Positions 21,972 through 31,789 of a DNA stretch of 64,000 bases are shown here, in pieces (positions within the stretch are counted from its first letter, which is position 1; every line of letters starts with the position of its first letter). The notes beneath the pieces are model-generated. The model did not search any database. It saw nothing but the letters and a program-made list of their open reading frames with translations, and was not told the DNA's origin. A program made the translations under genes and the position numbers. Source of the DNA: Syntrophobacterales bacterium (lineage in GTDB: Bacteria; Desulfobacterota; Desulfobaccia; Desulfobaccales; 0-14-0-80-60-11); NCBI GenBank assembly GCA_037388025.1, contig JARRKO010000011.1, positions 861 to 64,860 on the forward strand, in the 5' to 3' direction.

Positions 21972-22577
21972 ATGCCCATCTCTAAGTCGCCCCATACCCC
22001 CTGGTTGATTGTGGGACTGGGGAACCCCGGAACCCAGTATGCCGCCACCCCGCACAATTTAGGTTTCATGGTGGTGGAGGTCCTGGCGGAGCGGCATGAC
22101 CTGCCTTTGTCCAAGAAGACCATGCAGGCGCAGTGGGGCAAGGGGCGTCTGGCGGGCGCTGCGGTTATCCTGGCCCAGCCCACCACCTACATGAACCTGA
22201 GCGGCCGGGCCGTGGCGCAAATCCTGCGCTATTTCAATCTGGCGGCCTCTGATCTCGTGGTCATCCATGACGATCTGGATGTCCCCGGGGGCCGGGTCAA
22301 GCTGGCCTGGAACGGGGGCGCCGGGGGGCACCGCGGGGTGCTCTCCGTCACCGAGGCGGTGGGCTCGCCGGAGTTCTACCGGGTAAAATTGGGGGTGGGC
22401 CGGCCCCCGGGGTGGGTGGCCCCGGAAGACTTTGTGCTGCAGCCTTTTCCCCGGGAGGACTGGGAGGCAGTGGCGGACTTGGTGGACCGAGGGGCCCGGG
22501 CGCTGGAAAGCCTGATCACCGCCGGCTTAGCGGCGGCGCAAAACCAGTTTCACGGGACGGCCGCCGATTCCGCTTGA
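21972..22577 (+). CDS. pth: Peptidyl-tRNA hydrolase
   Basis: LIVGLGNPG, PTTYMNLSG, HDDLD and GGHRG motifs. Confidence 0.97.
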   Translation: MPISKSPHTPWLIVGLGNPGTQYAATPHNLGFMVVEVLAERHDLPLSKKTMQAQWGKGRLAGAAVILAQPTTYMNLSGRAVAQILRYFNLAASDLVVIHDDLDVPGGRVKLAWNGGAGGHRGVLSVTEAVGSPEFYRVKLGVGRPPGWVAPEDFVLQPFPREDWEAVADLVDRGARALESLITAGLAAAQNQFHGTAADSA

Positions 22578-22602
22578 CCAGGGCTTAGTTCCTGAGTAGT
22601 AT
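22574..22602 (+). promoter_or_regulatory. Putative sigma-70 promoter downstream of pth
   Basis: TTGACC-N17-TAGTAT. Confidence 0.5.
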
Positions 22603-22794
22603 GGGGCACCACCCCGAAAAGAAGCCGGAGACCCGGGCAGCCTCTGGGCCTGATCTGGACCTGATCAGGAGGAGGCGGCCTTCATCCAGCCACTCCGGGG
22701 CGGGGGTCTGAGCCCTGCCCCGCCGGTCGCCGTCACCCGCTTGACCCACCGGGAAGGCCGCTAAGCTCCGTCAGGTACGGCGGAAAGGAAGTCT

Positions 22795-23286
22795 ATGGCA
22801 GCAAGTTGGCACCAGGATGATGACGACCGGGAACGACCCAGCTGGCGGGAGATCGACCAGCGCCGGGACCGGCCGGGACGCCGGCAGCCCAAGGCCCCCC
22901 GTCCCCCCAAAAAGCAAGCGGACTGGTTGCGTAAGCTGGCCCTGCGCCAGGCGGAAGCCCTGTTTCAGGGAAAACGGGGCCGGCCGGAATACCAGGCGGC
23001 GGTGCAGGAGCTGGAGAAGGCCCACGGCACCAAGAAATTCGCGGCGGTGGCCCGGAAGTTCCTGGAGGAGTATGGGCTGCCGGAAGAATGGGGCACCTTA
23101 AACCTGCTGTTGGACTACCCGGAAGGCCCGGTGGTGCTGGAAGTGCTGCAGGGGATGGCGGCGCAGGTGGAAGGGCGGAGCCGGGTGGAAAAGCAAGGGT
23201 TCGGGGGGCGGTTACGGGTGCTGACGCTGACCAGCCGGGACGAGGAGGTGCGGCGGCAGGCGGAGGAGCTGCTGGCCAGCTTGTAA
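22795..23286 (+). CDS. Hypothetical protein, helical and charged
   Basis: 163-aa ORF with GC3-rich codons and AAGGAAG upstream; begins with an SWREIDxxRD segment. Confidence 0.75.
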   Translation: MAASWHQDDDDRERPSWREIDQRRDRPGRRQPKAPRPPKKQADWLRKLALRQAEALFQGKRGRPEYQAAVQELEKAHGTKKFAAVARKFLEEYGLPEEWGTLNLLLDYPEGPVVLEVLQGMAAQVEGRSRVEKQGFGGRLRVLTLTSRDEEVRRQAEELLASL

Positions 23287-23384
23287 TAAAAATATATTTT
23301 ATTTTTTAATTTAATATTGACATTATTTATTGTTCTGATACCCTTACCCCTGGTTCAATCTCTCGTTCTGCACAAGGAGGTGCT

Positions 23385-24440
23385 ATGGGGCCAGGGTCCT
23401 CTGAGTCGTTCTTCTTCGCCGCTGCCGTCACTCCCGCGGCCGCTCCCGGTCTGCCTGCCCTCGCCCGCATCCTTACTGGCTTTCCCCCTCTGCAGACCTT
23501 GCTGGCCCACCTGCCCCGCCTGGCGGCCACCGACCTGCCGGTGCTCATCACCGGTGAACCCGGCACCGGCAAAGAACTGGTGGCCGAAGCCCTCTGGGCC
23601 TTGAGTCCCCGCCAGCCGCAGTCGTTTTACCGGGTCAATTGCGCCCTGCTGACCGGGGAGTTGGCCACCAGCGAGCTCTTCGGCCACCGGCAGGGCTCGT
23701 TCACCGGCGCGGCCCGCACCCGGCTGGGTAAATTTCAACAGGCCCACCGGGGCACCCTGTTTCTGGACGAGGTGGGGGATTTGGACCCGGCGGTACAGCC
23801 CCGGCTGCTGCGCGTCCTGGAACAGGGGGAGGTCGAGCCCTTGGGGAGCGATGCCAGCACCACGGTGGACGTGCGTCTGCTCTGCGCCACCAACCAGAAT
23901 TTGGCCGACCTGCTGGCCGCGGGCCGCTTCCGTCAGGATCTCTATGACCGCCTGGCGGTGTTGCTGGTGCCTCTGCCGCCGTTGCGGGAGCGGGGAGATG
24001 ATGTGCTGCGGCTGGCCGAGCATTTTTTGGAGGAGGAAGCCCGGCGTTATCAGCGGCCGGTGGTGGGCCTCAGCGCCCGGGCCCGACGGCGTCTGCAAGA
24101 CTATCCCTGGCCGGGGAACGTGCGAGAGCTTAAAAATGTCATCACCCGGGCGGTGCTTTTTTGCCGGGGTCATCTGGTGCAGACCACGGACCTGGCCTTC
24201 GCCCCGCGGCCGGAGAGGCGGACCCCCTCCCGAACCAGTTTTCCCGCCACTCTGCCGGCGCGACCGCCGCAAAACCAACTGGCGGCCCTGCTCCGAGAAG
24301 AGGACGGCAACATCTCGGCGGTGGCCCGGCGGCTGCAAGTCTGTAACCGCACCATCTACCGCTGGCTGCGGGCCGCCGGCCTGGACCTGAAAAGCTTGCG
24401 GGCCGAGGCCGCGGCCGTGACCGGCCAGTCGGCCATGTGA
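23385..24440 (+). CDS. Sigma-54-dependent enhancer-binding protein (AAA+ plus HTH) with no N-terminal sensory domain
   Basis: GEPGTGKE Walker A, ELFGH..GSFTGA, LFLDEVG, WPGNVREL and C-terminal HTH (GNISAVARRL..TIYRW); AAGGAGG ribosome-binding site. Confidence 0.9.
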   Translation: MGPGSSESFFFAAAVTPAAAPGLPALARILTGFPPLQTLLAHLPRLAATDLPVLITGEPGTGKELVAEALWALSPRQPQSFYRVNCALLTGELATSELFGHRQGSFTGAARTRLGKFQQAHRGTLFLDEVGDLDPAVQPRLLRVLEQGEVEPLGSDASTTVDVRLLCATNQNLADLLAAGRFRQDLYDRLAVLLVPLPPLRERGDDVLRLAEHFLEEEARRYQRPVVGLSARARRRLQDYPWPGNVRELKNVITRAVLFCRGHLVQTTDLAFAPRPERRTPSRTSFPATLPARPPQNQLAALLREEDGNISAVARRLQVCNRTIYRWLRAAGLDLKSLRAEAAAVTGQSAM

Positions 24441-24528
24441 CGACAGATTATTTTGGGGGAGGGGGGTTACCACGGGCGCCTTGCCAGCCCCTTATGCGGG
24501 TTGGGAGGGGGGTGTGGGGGGAGGGCAG

Positions 24529-24551
24529 GTAGGGGCTCACCCCGCCCCTAC
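24529..24551. repeat. REP-like palindrome
   Basis: GTAGGGGC-tcacccc-GCCCCTAC. Confidence 0.65.
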
Positions 24552-24593
24552 GTCCCTGGCCCTTTCTCCACATCGCTTTGTTCATCTTGGCAT

Positions 24594-24623
24594 AAAAAAA
24601 CCCGCCGGTTGGCGGGTTTTTTT
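24594..24623. terminator. Bidirectional intrinsic terminator between convergent genes
   Basis: A7-CCCGCC-ggtt-GGCGGG-T7. Confidence 0.9.
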
Positions 24624-24643
24624 AGAGGCAGGAGCAGCCGGGC

Positions 24644-26062
24644 TTACAAGACGCTTTTCACGGCAGCCCGGGCCAACTCCACGATGCTGTTCGGCGCCAC
24701 TCCGAAGACCAGGATGGTGGCGCACAGGGCGTAATTGAGCACCCGGGTGGGCAGGGAGAGCTGGATGGGTGGCAGATCGGAATCGACAAAATAGGCGGCA
24801 TAGACCACCTTGAGATAGTAGTACAGGGACACGGTGCCATTGACCGCGCCGATCAGCACCAGCCAGAAGTAGCCCTGGTTCATGGCCGAGGTAAATAGCA
24901 GGAGTTTGCCGGTAAAGCCGATGGAGGGCGGCACCCCGGCCAGGGCGAAGATGCCCAGGATCAGGCTCAAGGACAGCAAGGGGCTGCGGCGCCAAAGGCC
25001 GGCCAATTCGGCGATTTTCAGATCCCGGCCGTCGGAAGCCACTTCGGACAGCACCATAAACACGGTGAAGTTCATCACCAGGTAGGCCAGGGCATAGTAG
25101 ACCGCGCTGGTGAAACCGGCCTCCTGCAAACAGATGACGCCGATGAGAACATAGCCGGCATGGGCGATGGAGGAGTAGGCCAGCATGCGTTTGAAGTCAC
25201 GTTGGATGATGGCCACCAGGTTCCCCAGGGTCATGGAAACGATGGACAGGACCACCAGGACCTGGACAAAACTGTAACCAAACCCTTCCCCCAGGGCGGC
25301 CAGGCGAAGCAGCAGGGCCACGGCCGCGGCCTTGGAGGCGGTGGCGATGAAGGCGACGACCTGGTTAGCACCGCCCTGGTAGACGTCGGGGGCCCAGAAG
25401 TGGAAGGGAAAAACCGACAATTTGAAGAAAAAGCCGGCCATGGCCAGGATTAGCCCCACAATGCCGATGGGGCTCTGCAGCAATTGGGGCATCTTATGGA
25501 GGATATCCACCAGGTAGGTGGAGTGGGTGGCGCCGAAGATGTAGCTCAGGCCGAACAACATAAAGCCGGAGGACACGGCCCCGATAAAGAGATACTTGAT
25601 GCCCGCTTCCACGTCGAGGCCGTCACCCCGGCGCAGGGGCACCAGGATGTACAGGGAGTAGGAAGACAGTTCCAGGGAAACATAGATGGTGAGCAGTTCT
25701 ACGGAAGAGACCAACATCATCATGCCGAGGGTGCAGGTGGTGAGGAACAGGTAAAACTCGGCGTGGGAGCGCTCTTCGATGTGGGCCAAATTTCGGGAAA
25801 TCATCAGCACGAGGAAGAGGCCCAAGGCCAGGGCGGCCTTGAAGATCTGGCTGAAAAGGTCCACCCGGTAAGCCTTAAAAAACAGGTCTCCCTTCTGGCC
25901 GAGGCTTAATAAGGCCACCACGAAACCCAGGCCAGCCAGGACCACGACGACCGTGTAATCCCGCTGCACCTGGGGCTGGCGACGCAGGCTGAAGAGGAAG
26001 ATGATGAAGGCCAGGCCCAGATAGTAGAGTTCCGGTCCAAAGAGCAGCATGGTCATTCTCAC
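24644..26062 (-). CDS. nuoN: NADH-quinone oxidoreductase-like subunit N
   Basis: EAGIKYL, FPFHFWAPDVYQG and KRMLAYSSIAHAGY motifs. Confidence 0.95.
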   Translation of the reverse strand: MRMTMLLFGPELYYLGLAFIIFLFSLRRQPQVQRDYTVVVVLAGLGFVVALLSLGQKGDLFFKAYRVDLFSQIFKAALALGLFLVLMISRNLAHIEERSHAEFYLFLTTCTLGMMMLVSSVELLTIYVSLELSSYSLYILVPLRRGDGLDVEAGIKYLFIGAVSSGFMLFGLSYIFGATHSTYLVDILHKMPQLLQSPIGIVGLILAMAGFFFKLSVFPFHFWAPDVYQGGANQVVAFIATASKAAAVALLLRLAALGEGFGYSFVQVLVVLSIVSMTLGNLVAIIQRDFKRMLAYSSIAHAGYVLIGVICLQEAGFTSAVYYALAYLVMNFTVFMVLSEVASDGRDLKIAELAGLWRRSPLLSLSLILGIFALAGVPPSIGFTGKLLLFTSAMNQGYFWLVLIGAVNGTVSLYYYLKVVYAAYFVDSDLPPIQLSLPTRVLNYALCATILVFGVAPNSIVELARAAVKSVL

Positions 26063-27531
26063 ATTCCCTGGATAAATGGTACGATGGAAGTTTTAATCAG
26101 GCCCACCATGACCTGAGGGAAGAGCCCGAAAAAGATCATAAAGCCAATGAGGATCATCCGGGGCAGCCCTAGAAAGGGACTGACGTCCTCAAAGTGAGTG
26201 AACTTGGGATTGGGGGCATTGAAAAAGCTGTTCTGCACCACCCTGAGGGCGAACAAGGCGCCGATGACCAGGGAGGCGATGGCGAACAGACCCCGGATGG
26301 GGAAGACTTTCACCGCGGAGACCAACACCAGTAGCTCAGCCCAGAAGCTGGCCATGCCGGGGACCCCGGCCCCGCACAAGGCGGCGGTGATGAAAAAGGC
26401 CGAAGCCACGGGCATGATTTTGGAGAAGCCCCCCAGTTCCAGAATATCCCGGGTGTGGGTGCGGTCATAAATAAAGCCCACCGCGGAGAAGAAGAGGGCG
26501 GTCATAACGCCGTGGGCGAACATCTGGAAGACGGCGCCGTTCAGACCATCAATGGTGCCGGTGGCCAGCCCCAGGCCCACGATGCCCATATGGGACACCG
26601 AGGAGTAACCGATGACGTACTTTAAATCGGTCTGGGCCAGGCCCACAAAAACTCCGTACACAATACCCACCGCGGCCAGCAATCCCATTAACTGAGCCCA
26701 GTACTGAAACCCCTGGGGGCAGAGGTACATGGCCACCCGCAGGATGGCAAAGGCGCCCAGCTTCATGAGCACTCCGGCGTGGAGCATGGACACGGCGGTG
26801 GGCGCGGCCACGTGGCCTACGGGAGACCATGTGTGGAACGGCCAGACACCAGCGAGGACGCCAAAGCCCAGGAACATGAAGACAAAGGCGAGCTTTTGAA
26901 TCCAAGGGGCGAAGGCCACGCCGTGCAACGCCACCATGTTGAAGGTGAACAACCCGGAGCTGGAATAGAGCAGCAAGATGCCGGGGATGATGAGACCGCT
27001 ACCGGCCATGAGGTAGAGGGTCAGCTTCATGGCGGCGTAGATCTTGCGGGTGGAGCCCCAGATGAGGATGAGGATGTACATGGGCACCACGGCGATCTCA
27101 TAAAACAGGAAGAAGAAGAACATGTCGTAGGACATGAAGACGCCGAAGACCCCCGTCACCAGGGCCAGCTGAAAGATGAAGTACTCCCGCACCCGCTCCT
27201 GGAGTTCCCACATGGTGAGCACCCCGGTGAAGATGACGATGCCGGTGAGCAGCAGCAAGGGGGCATTCATGCCTTCCACGCCGACATAGTAGGTGATGCC
27301 GAAGGCCTTCACCCATGGGTACTTTTCGACGAACTGCAAGCCACCCAACTGCTTGTCATAACCCACGAAGGTATAGATGGAGAGGGCGAAGCTGATCCCC
27401 GCGGAGACCAGAGACACCATGCGGATCAGAAAGCCGTGCCTCTCCTTGAGAAACAGCAGAATGGTGAGCCCCGCTACCGGGGACAGCAACATGCAGGTTA
27501 GAACCGGGAACGATGCCATGTGCTCGGTCAT
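26059..27531 (-). CDS. nuoM: NADH-quinone oxidoreductase-like subunit M
   Basis: WPFHTWSP..H.AAPT, LHAGVLMKLG and YSSVSHMG motifs. Confidence 0.95.
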   Translation of the reverse strand: MTEHMASFPVLTCMLLSPVAGLTILLFLKERHGFLIRMVSLVSAGISFALSIYTFVGYDKQLGGLQFVEKYPWVKAFGITYYVGVEGMNAPLLLLTGIVIFTGVLTMWELQERVREYFIFQLALVTGVFGVFMSYDMFFFFLFYEIAVVPMYILILIWGSTRKIYAAMKLTLYLMAGSGLIIPGILLLYSSSGLFTFNMVALHGVAFAPWIQKLAFVFMFLGFGVLAGVWPFHTWSPVGHVAAPTAVSMLHAGVLMKLGAFAILRVAMYLCPQGFQYWAQLMGLLAAVGIVYGVFVGLAQTDLKYVIGYSSVSHMGIVGLGLATGTIDGLNGAVFQMFAHGVMTALFFSAVGFIYDRTHTRDILELGGFSKIMPVASAFFITAALCGAGVPGMASFWAELLVLVSAVKVFPIRGLFAIASLVIGALFALRVVQNSFFNAPNPKFTHFEDVSPFLGLPRMILIGFMIFFGLFPQVMVGLIKTSIVPFIQGM

Positions 27532-27532
27532 A

Positions 27533-29380
27533 TCAGAGACCCATCAAGAGATAGATGCCGAGGCCCGCCAGGACCAATATCATGAACAGCAGGTTGTACT
27601 GGAGAAAAGCAGTTTGCAGGAAAGACAGCAGACGACCCCCCCTGACGGTGTTTAAGAACCAGCGCCAGAAGTGGTCCATATACCATTTCTGGATGAAGAA
27701 ATTCTCCAGGGCCGGGAATTTGCGAATGAAGCCCTGCCATTGGGCGGTCTTGGCGCCCCAGTCCAGCCAGGCCAGGCCTATGCCCGACAGAGCGGCGCCT
27801 ACGGCCAGGACCAGCAGGAGATAATTCATTTCATGGGGATGGTGTTCACCCAGCAAGTAGCCTTCCAGGGGCCCCATGAGAAAGCCCAGCACCAGGGTAA
27901 AGCCGGCCAGAACAATAAGGGGAAAGGCCATAACCCAGGGGACGCCGTGGTGCTCTTCGTCGGGGTGACCGTGACCATGGCCAGGGGGTTCCTCCCGTTT
28001 GTACTCTTCCCAGGCCTTGTGGTCGTCCGGCCGGGGAAAGAGGAGCACAAAAATAACTCGGAAGGTGTAGTAGGCGGTGAGGAAGGCGCCGAAGAGCCCT
28101 AATCCCACCCACATTTTGTTGGGCAGGCTCCACAACACGCCCATGATGGCTTCTTTACTGAAAAAACCGGAGAAGGGGAAGATGCCGGCCAGGGCCAGAG
28201 CACCGATGATCACGGTGATCATGGGTATCTTGAGGTGGCGGCCTCCTTCCTTACTCATGACAAAGAAGTCATTGGTGCCGAAGTGATGGATAAACACTCC
28301 GGCGCACAAAAAGAGGAGGGCCTTGAACGCGGCGTGGGTGGTGAGGTGATAATAACCGGCGAACTGGGTGCTGCCCACCAAGCCGGCCGCGGCCAAACCC
28401 ATGGCCATGAAGCCCAGCTGGCTGACGGTGGAATAGGCCCAGACCTGCTTAATATCCCGGGCCACCATGCCAATGGTGGAGGACAGGATCAAGGTTATGG
28501 TGGCAAGAACCAGAATGACTTTCAAGGTGGTGGGGGAGGCGGCAAAGAAGGGGAACAGCCGGGTGATGAGATAGACCCCCGCGGCCACCATGGTGGCGGA
28601 ATGGAGGAGGGCCGACACCGGGGTGGGGCCTTCCATGGCATCGGGCAGCCACACGTGAATGGGGAATTGGGCGCTTTTGCCGGCCACGCCACAGAAAATT
28701 AACAGGGTGGTGGTGGTCAGCAGCCACTGGGGCATGGTCTTTTGGACGGCCGCCAGATTGACGACGTTGATGTCCAGGGTGCCGAAATATATCACCAAAA
28801 AGGTAATGCCCATGAAAAAGCCGATGTCCCCGAAGCGGGTGACCACAAAGGCTTTTTTGCCGGCTTCCGAGGCCGAGAACTTCTCATACCAGAAGCCGAT
28901 CAGCAGATAGGAGGACAGGCCCACCAATTCCCAGGAGATGAACAGTTGCAGCAAGCCGTTGGCCGACACCAAGCTGAGCATGGACATGCCGAACAGGGAC
29001 AGGTCGGCAAAGTAGCGAGCAAACCCCGGGTCGCCTTCCATGTAGCCGATGGAGTAAATCTGGATGAGCCAGGCGATGGTGGCGACAATGGCCAGCATCA
29101 ACAGACTTACCGGGTCCAGGAGGAACCCGAAGGGTATCTTAAAGCCCTCGGAGGACACCAGCCACTCCACCTGGGTAATAAGGGGCTTGGCCAGGGAGAC
29201 GTCCCGGACGGTTATGAACAGATACCAGGCCAGAATCAGGGGAATGGTAGAGCAGACCAGGGAGATGGCCAGGGAGACCTTATCATTCCTCCAGGTAAAG
29301 ATCATGATGATGGCAAAGGCCAACAATGGCAGGGTGACGATGGCAGTGCAGATCAAGAAGATGGTGTCGACCGAGCCCAT
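27533..29380 (-). CDS. nuoL: NADH-quinone oxidoreductase-like subunit L
   Basis: GKSAQFPIHVWLPDAMEGPTPVSALLHSATMV and HAAFKALLFL motifs. Confidence 0.96.
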   Translation of the reverse strand: MGSVDTIFLICTAIVTLPLLAFAIIMIFTWRNDKVSLAISLVCSTIPLILAWYLFITVRDVSLAKPLITQVEWLVSSEGFKIPFGFLLDPVSLLMLAIVATIAWLIQIYSIGYMEGDPGFARYFADLSLFGMSMLSLVSANGLLQLFISWELVGLSSYLLIGFWYEKFSASEAGKKAFVVTRFGDIGFFMGITFLVIYFGTLDINVVNLAAVQKTMPQWLLTTTTLLIFCGVAGKSAQFPIHVWLPDAMEGPTPVSALLHSATMVAAGVYLITRLFPFFAASPTTLKVILVLATITLILSSTIGMVARDIKQVWAYSTVSQLGFMAMGLAAAGLVGSTQFAGYYHLTTHAAFKALLFLCAGVFIHHFGTNDFFVMSKEGGRHLKIPMITVIIGALALAGIFPFSGFFSKEAIMGVLWSLPNKMWVGLGLFGAFLTAYYTFRVIFVLLFPRPDDHKAWEEYKREEPPGHGHGHPDEEHHGVPWVMAFPLIVLAGFTLVLGFLMGPLEGYLLGEHHPHEMNYLLLVLAVGAALSGIGLAWLDWGAKTAQWQGFIRKFPALENFFIQKWYMDHFWRWFLNTVRGGRLLSFLQTAFLQYNLLFMILVLAGLGIYLLMGL

Positions 29381-29382
29381 GT

Positions 29383-29700
29383 TTAACCCCTTAGTTCTGT
29401 GACTTGTTCCGCGTTGATGGACTTGAGCTTCCGGTAGACTGCCATAATGATGCTCAGGGCAATGGCGGCCTCGGCCGCGGCCACCGCCATAATAAACAGG
29501 GCGATGATTTGTCCCACCGCGGGATGAGGCGCTAGGAAGCGGTTAAAGGCCATGAAATTGATGCTGGCGGCGTTGAGGATCAGTTCCACGGAGATGAGCA
29601 CCGCGATGAGATTGCGCCGGGACAGCACCCCGTAGAGGCCGATACCGAACAGCACCAGGGCTATATACAGGTAAGTTTCCAAGTGGTTAAAAATCAGCAT
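29383..29700 (-). CDS. nuoK: NADH-quinone oxidoreductase-like subunit K
   Basis: RRNLI..LISVELILNA and VAAAEAAIAL motifs. Confidence 0.96.
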   Translation of the reverse strand: MLIFNHLETYLYIALVLFGIGLYGVLSRRNLIAVLISVELILNAASINFMAFNRFLAPHPAVGQIIALFIMAVAAAEAAIALSIIMAVYRKLKSINAEQVTELRG

Positions 29701-29714
29701 AGGTGACCTCGAAC

Positions 29715-30239
29715 TCAGGAGCCGCGGCCGTTGCGGGCATTGACAATGGCGCCCAGCATGGCCACCAGCAAGAGGAGCGAGATGACCTCAAAAATGAGGG
29801 CGTAGTTGGTCAACAAATAATGTCCGATGGTGGTGATAGACCAATCCTTGCTACGCTCCGCGGCCGCGACCCATTGGGTTTTACGGGTGAGGAGCACCAA
29901 AAAGGCCAGGACCGCACCGGCTCCCAGTATAGCCCCTAAGCGTTTGAGAAAGGAGCGGGGCGGTCCCGGTAGGTAAAGGGGCTGGGACAACATGATGGCA
30001 AAACAAATGGCTATGCAGATGGCCCCCACGTAAATCAGGATTTCCATGAGAGCCACAAAGGGGCTATTGAGATAAAGGAAAAGCCCGGCAACCCCCATGA
30101 GGGAGAGGGCCAGTCCCAGCACGTTGTGAAATATATTGCGGGCGCCTACGGCGATGAGCGCCCCCAGGACGGTGATGCCTACCACCATCAGGAAGGCGCC
30201 GGTGGCCAATCCCTGGGCTGAGAAGAAGCTCACATTCAT
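29715..30239 (-). CDS. nuoJ: NADH-quinone oxidoreductase-like subunit J
   Basis: ILIYVGAI and FEVISLLLLVAMLGAI motifs. Confidence 0.93.
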   Translation of the reverse strand: MNVSFFSAQGLATGAFLMVVGITVLGALIAVGARNIFHNVLGLALSLMGVAGLFLYLNSPFVALMEILIYVGAICIAICFAIMLSQPLYLPGPPRSFLKRLGAILGAGAVLAFLVLLTRKTQWVAAAERSKDWSITTIGHYLLTNYALIFEVISLLLLVAMLGAIVNARNGRGS

Positions 30240-30763
30240 TCCTTCACCTCCCCTTCAGCTTCGGCCCCTTCTTCGGTTTCAGGCATGGGCTCCTCCGGGA
30301 TGGGAGTCATGGGCACCCCGGCCATCTGCTGCTGCCGTTGCAGCCTGGTCAGTAAGTCGATGACCGAGTCCTCCCGGGTGTAACCCGCCAGGCGATATTC
30401 ATTGGACCACTCCAGGGCGTTGGTGGGACAAACATCGATACACAAACCGCACAGGCTGCAGTACTGGTATTCGATGACGTACTGCCAGGGCACCTTTTTC
30501 TTTTTGTCTACCTTGACGCCTTTCACGGTGATGAGTTGGGAAGGGCAGGTGCGGGCGCATAGTTCACAGGCGATGCAGGTGTGGGTGCTGGTTTCTTCAT
30601 CCAGGGCCAGCTGGGTGTGACCCCGGTAGCGAGGGGTCATAGTGATCTTATCCCGAGGGTACTGCACGGTGACGATGGGCTGGAAAAAGTAGCGGATAGT
30701 CACCGACATCCCAGCCAGGAGGCTGTAGAAACCCACCAGAATGTCTTTAAAATAACTAACCAT
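30236..30763 (-). CDS. nuoI: NADH-quinone oxidoreductase-like subunit I, 2x[4Fe-4S]
   Basis: CIACELCARTCP and CSLCGLCIDVCP motifs. Confidence 0.95.
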   Translation of the reverse strand: MVSYFKDILVGFYSLLAGMSVTIRYFFQPIVTVQYPRDKITMTPRYRGHTQLALDEETSTHTCIACELCARTCPSQLITVKGVKVDKKKKVPWQYVIEYQYCSLCGLCIDVCPTNALEWSNEYRLAGYTREDSVIDLLTRLQRQQQMAGVPMTPIPEEPMPETEEGAEAEGEVKE

Positions 30764-30798
30764 TGTCTCTCAACCTTAGGCCGTCACAAGCTCCAGGA

Positions 30799-31773
30799 TT
30801 ATAGCAGTTTCATGATGAAGGCAGTTATGATCAGGTTGGCAAAGGCCAGGGGAATCAATATCTTCCAAGCGAAAGTGATGAGCTGGTCGAAACGCACCCG
30901 GGGAAAAGTCCACCGGAACCACATGATGAGAAAGATGATGAAATAGACCTTGATGAGAAACCAGGCAAAGCCCGGCAAAAAGGGTCCCCGCCAGCCCCCC
31001 AGAAAGAAGACGGTGGCAATGGAGGCCACAATGAACATGTTGGTATATTCTGCCAGAAAAAAGAGGGCGAAGCGCATGCCGGTATATTCCGTATGGAAGC
31101 CGGCCACCAGTTCGCTTTCCGCTTCCGGGAGGTCGAAGGGGGCCCGGTTGGTCTCGGCGGTGGCGCAGGTGATATAGAGAATAAAGGCCACGGGCTGGAT
31201 CAGCACGAACCAATACTTGGATTGGGCGTTGACGATATCCACCAGGCTGAACGACCCCACTATGAGGATGATGCTCATCAGGGTGATGAGCAGCGGGATC
31301 TCATAAGCCACGTTCTGGGCTACGGAACGGATGGACCCGAAGACCGAGTACTTGTTGTTGGAAGCCCAGCCGGCCATAAGGATGGCCAGCACCGTGAGGG
31401 CGGCGAAGGCCAGGATCAGCAGCACCCCGACGTTCATGTCCCGAATGATCAGGTTCTGGGAGAAAGGAATCACCAGGAAGGAGAGAAGCACCGGCAGGAA
31501 GACCACGATGGGGGCCAACCAAAACACCGGCCGGTCCACATCCCTGGGGGTGATGAGCTCTTTCCCCATGAGCTTCAGGGCGTCGGCGATGGTCTGGATG
31601 GCGCCGTGCCAGCCCACTTCCATAGGGCCGGGCCGCAGCTGCATATGGGCCGAGACCTTGCGCTCCATCCAGATCAAAAACAGGGCGTTCACCGACACCA
31701 GACCAATAACGGCGATGAGGCCGACGATCATGCCAAAAACGCTGACTGCAGCAGGTTGCGCCATAGTTTCCAT
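30799..31773 (-). CDS. nuoH: NADH-quinone oxidoreductase-like subunit H
   Basis: [14 protein letters not shown] and [25 protein letters not shown] motifs. Confidence 0.97.
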   Translation of the reverse strand: METMAQPAAVSVFGMIVGLIAVIGLVSVNALFLIWMERKVSAHMQLRPGPMEVGWHGAIQTIADALKLMGKELITPRDVDRPVFWLAPIVVFLPVLLSFLVIPFSQNLIIRDMNVGVLLILAFAALTVLAILMAGWASNNKYSVFGSIRSVAQNVAYEIPLLITLMSIILIVGSFSLVDIVNAQSKYWFVLIQPVAFILYITCATAETNRAPFDLPEAESELVAGFHTEYTGMRFALFFLAEYTNMFIVASIATVFFLGGWRGPFLPGFAWFLIKVYFIIFLIMWFRWTFPRVRFDQLITFAWKILIPLAFANLIITAFIMKLL

Positions 31774-31789
31774 ATCTTGCCCGTCTTAA

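Noticed and set aside
22760..22794. TCAGG..GGAAAGGAAG resembling the SRP RNA core
   Set aside because: It lacks the CCGGAAGG-AGCAGC arrangement and long flanking helix; the purine run is better explained as a ribosome-binding site.
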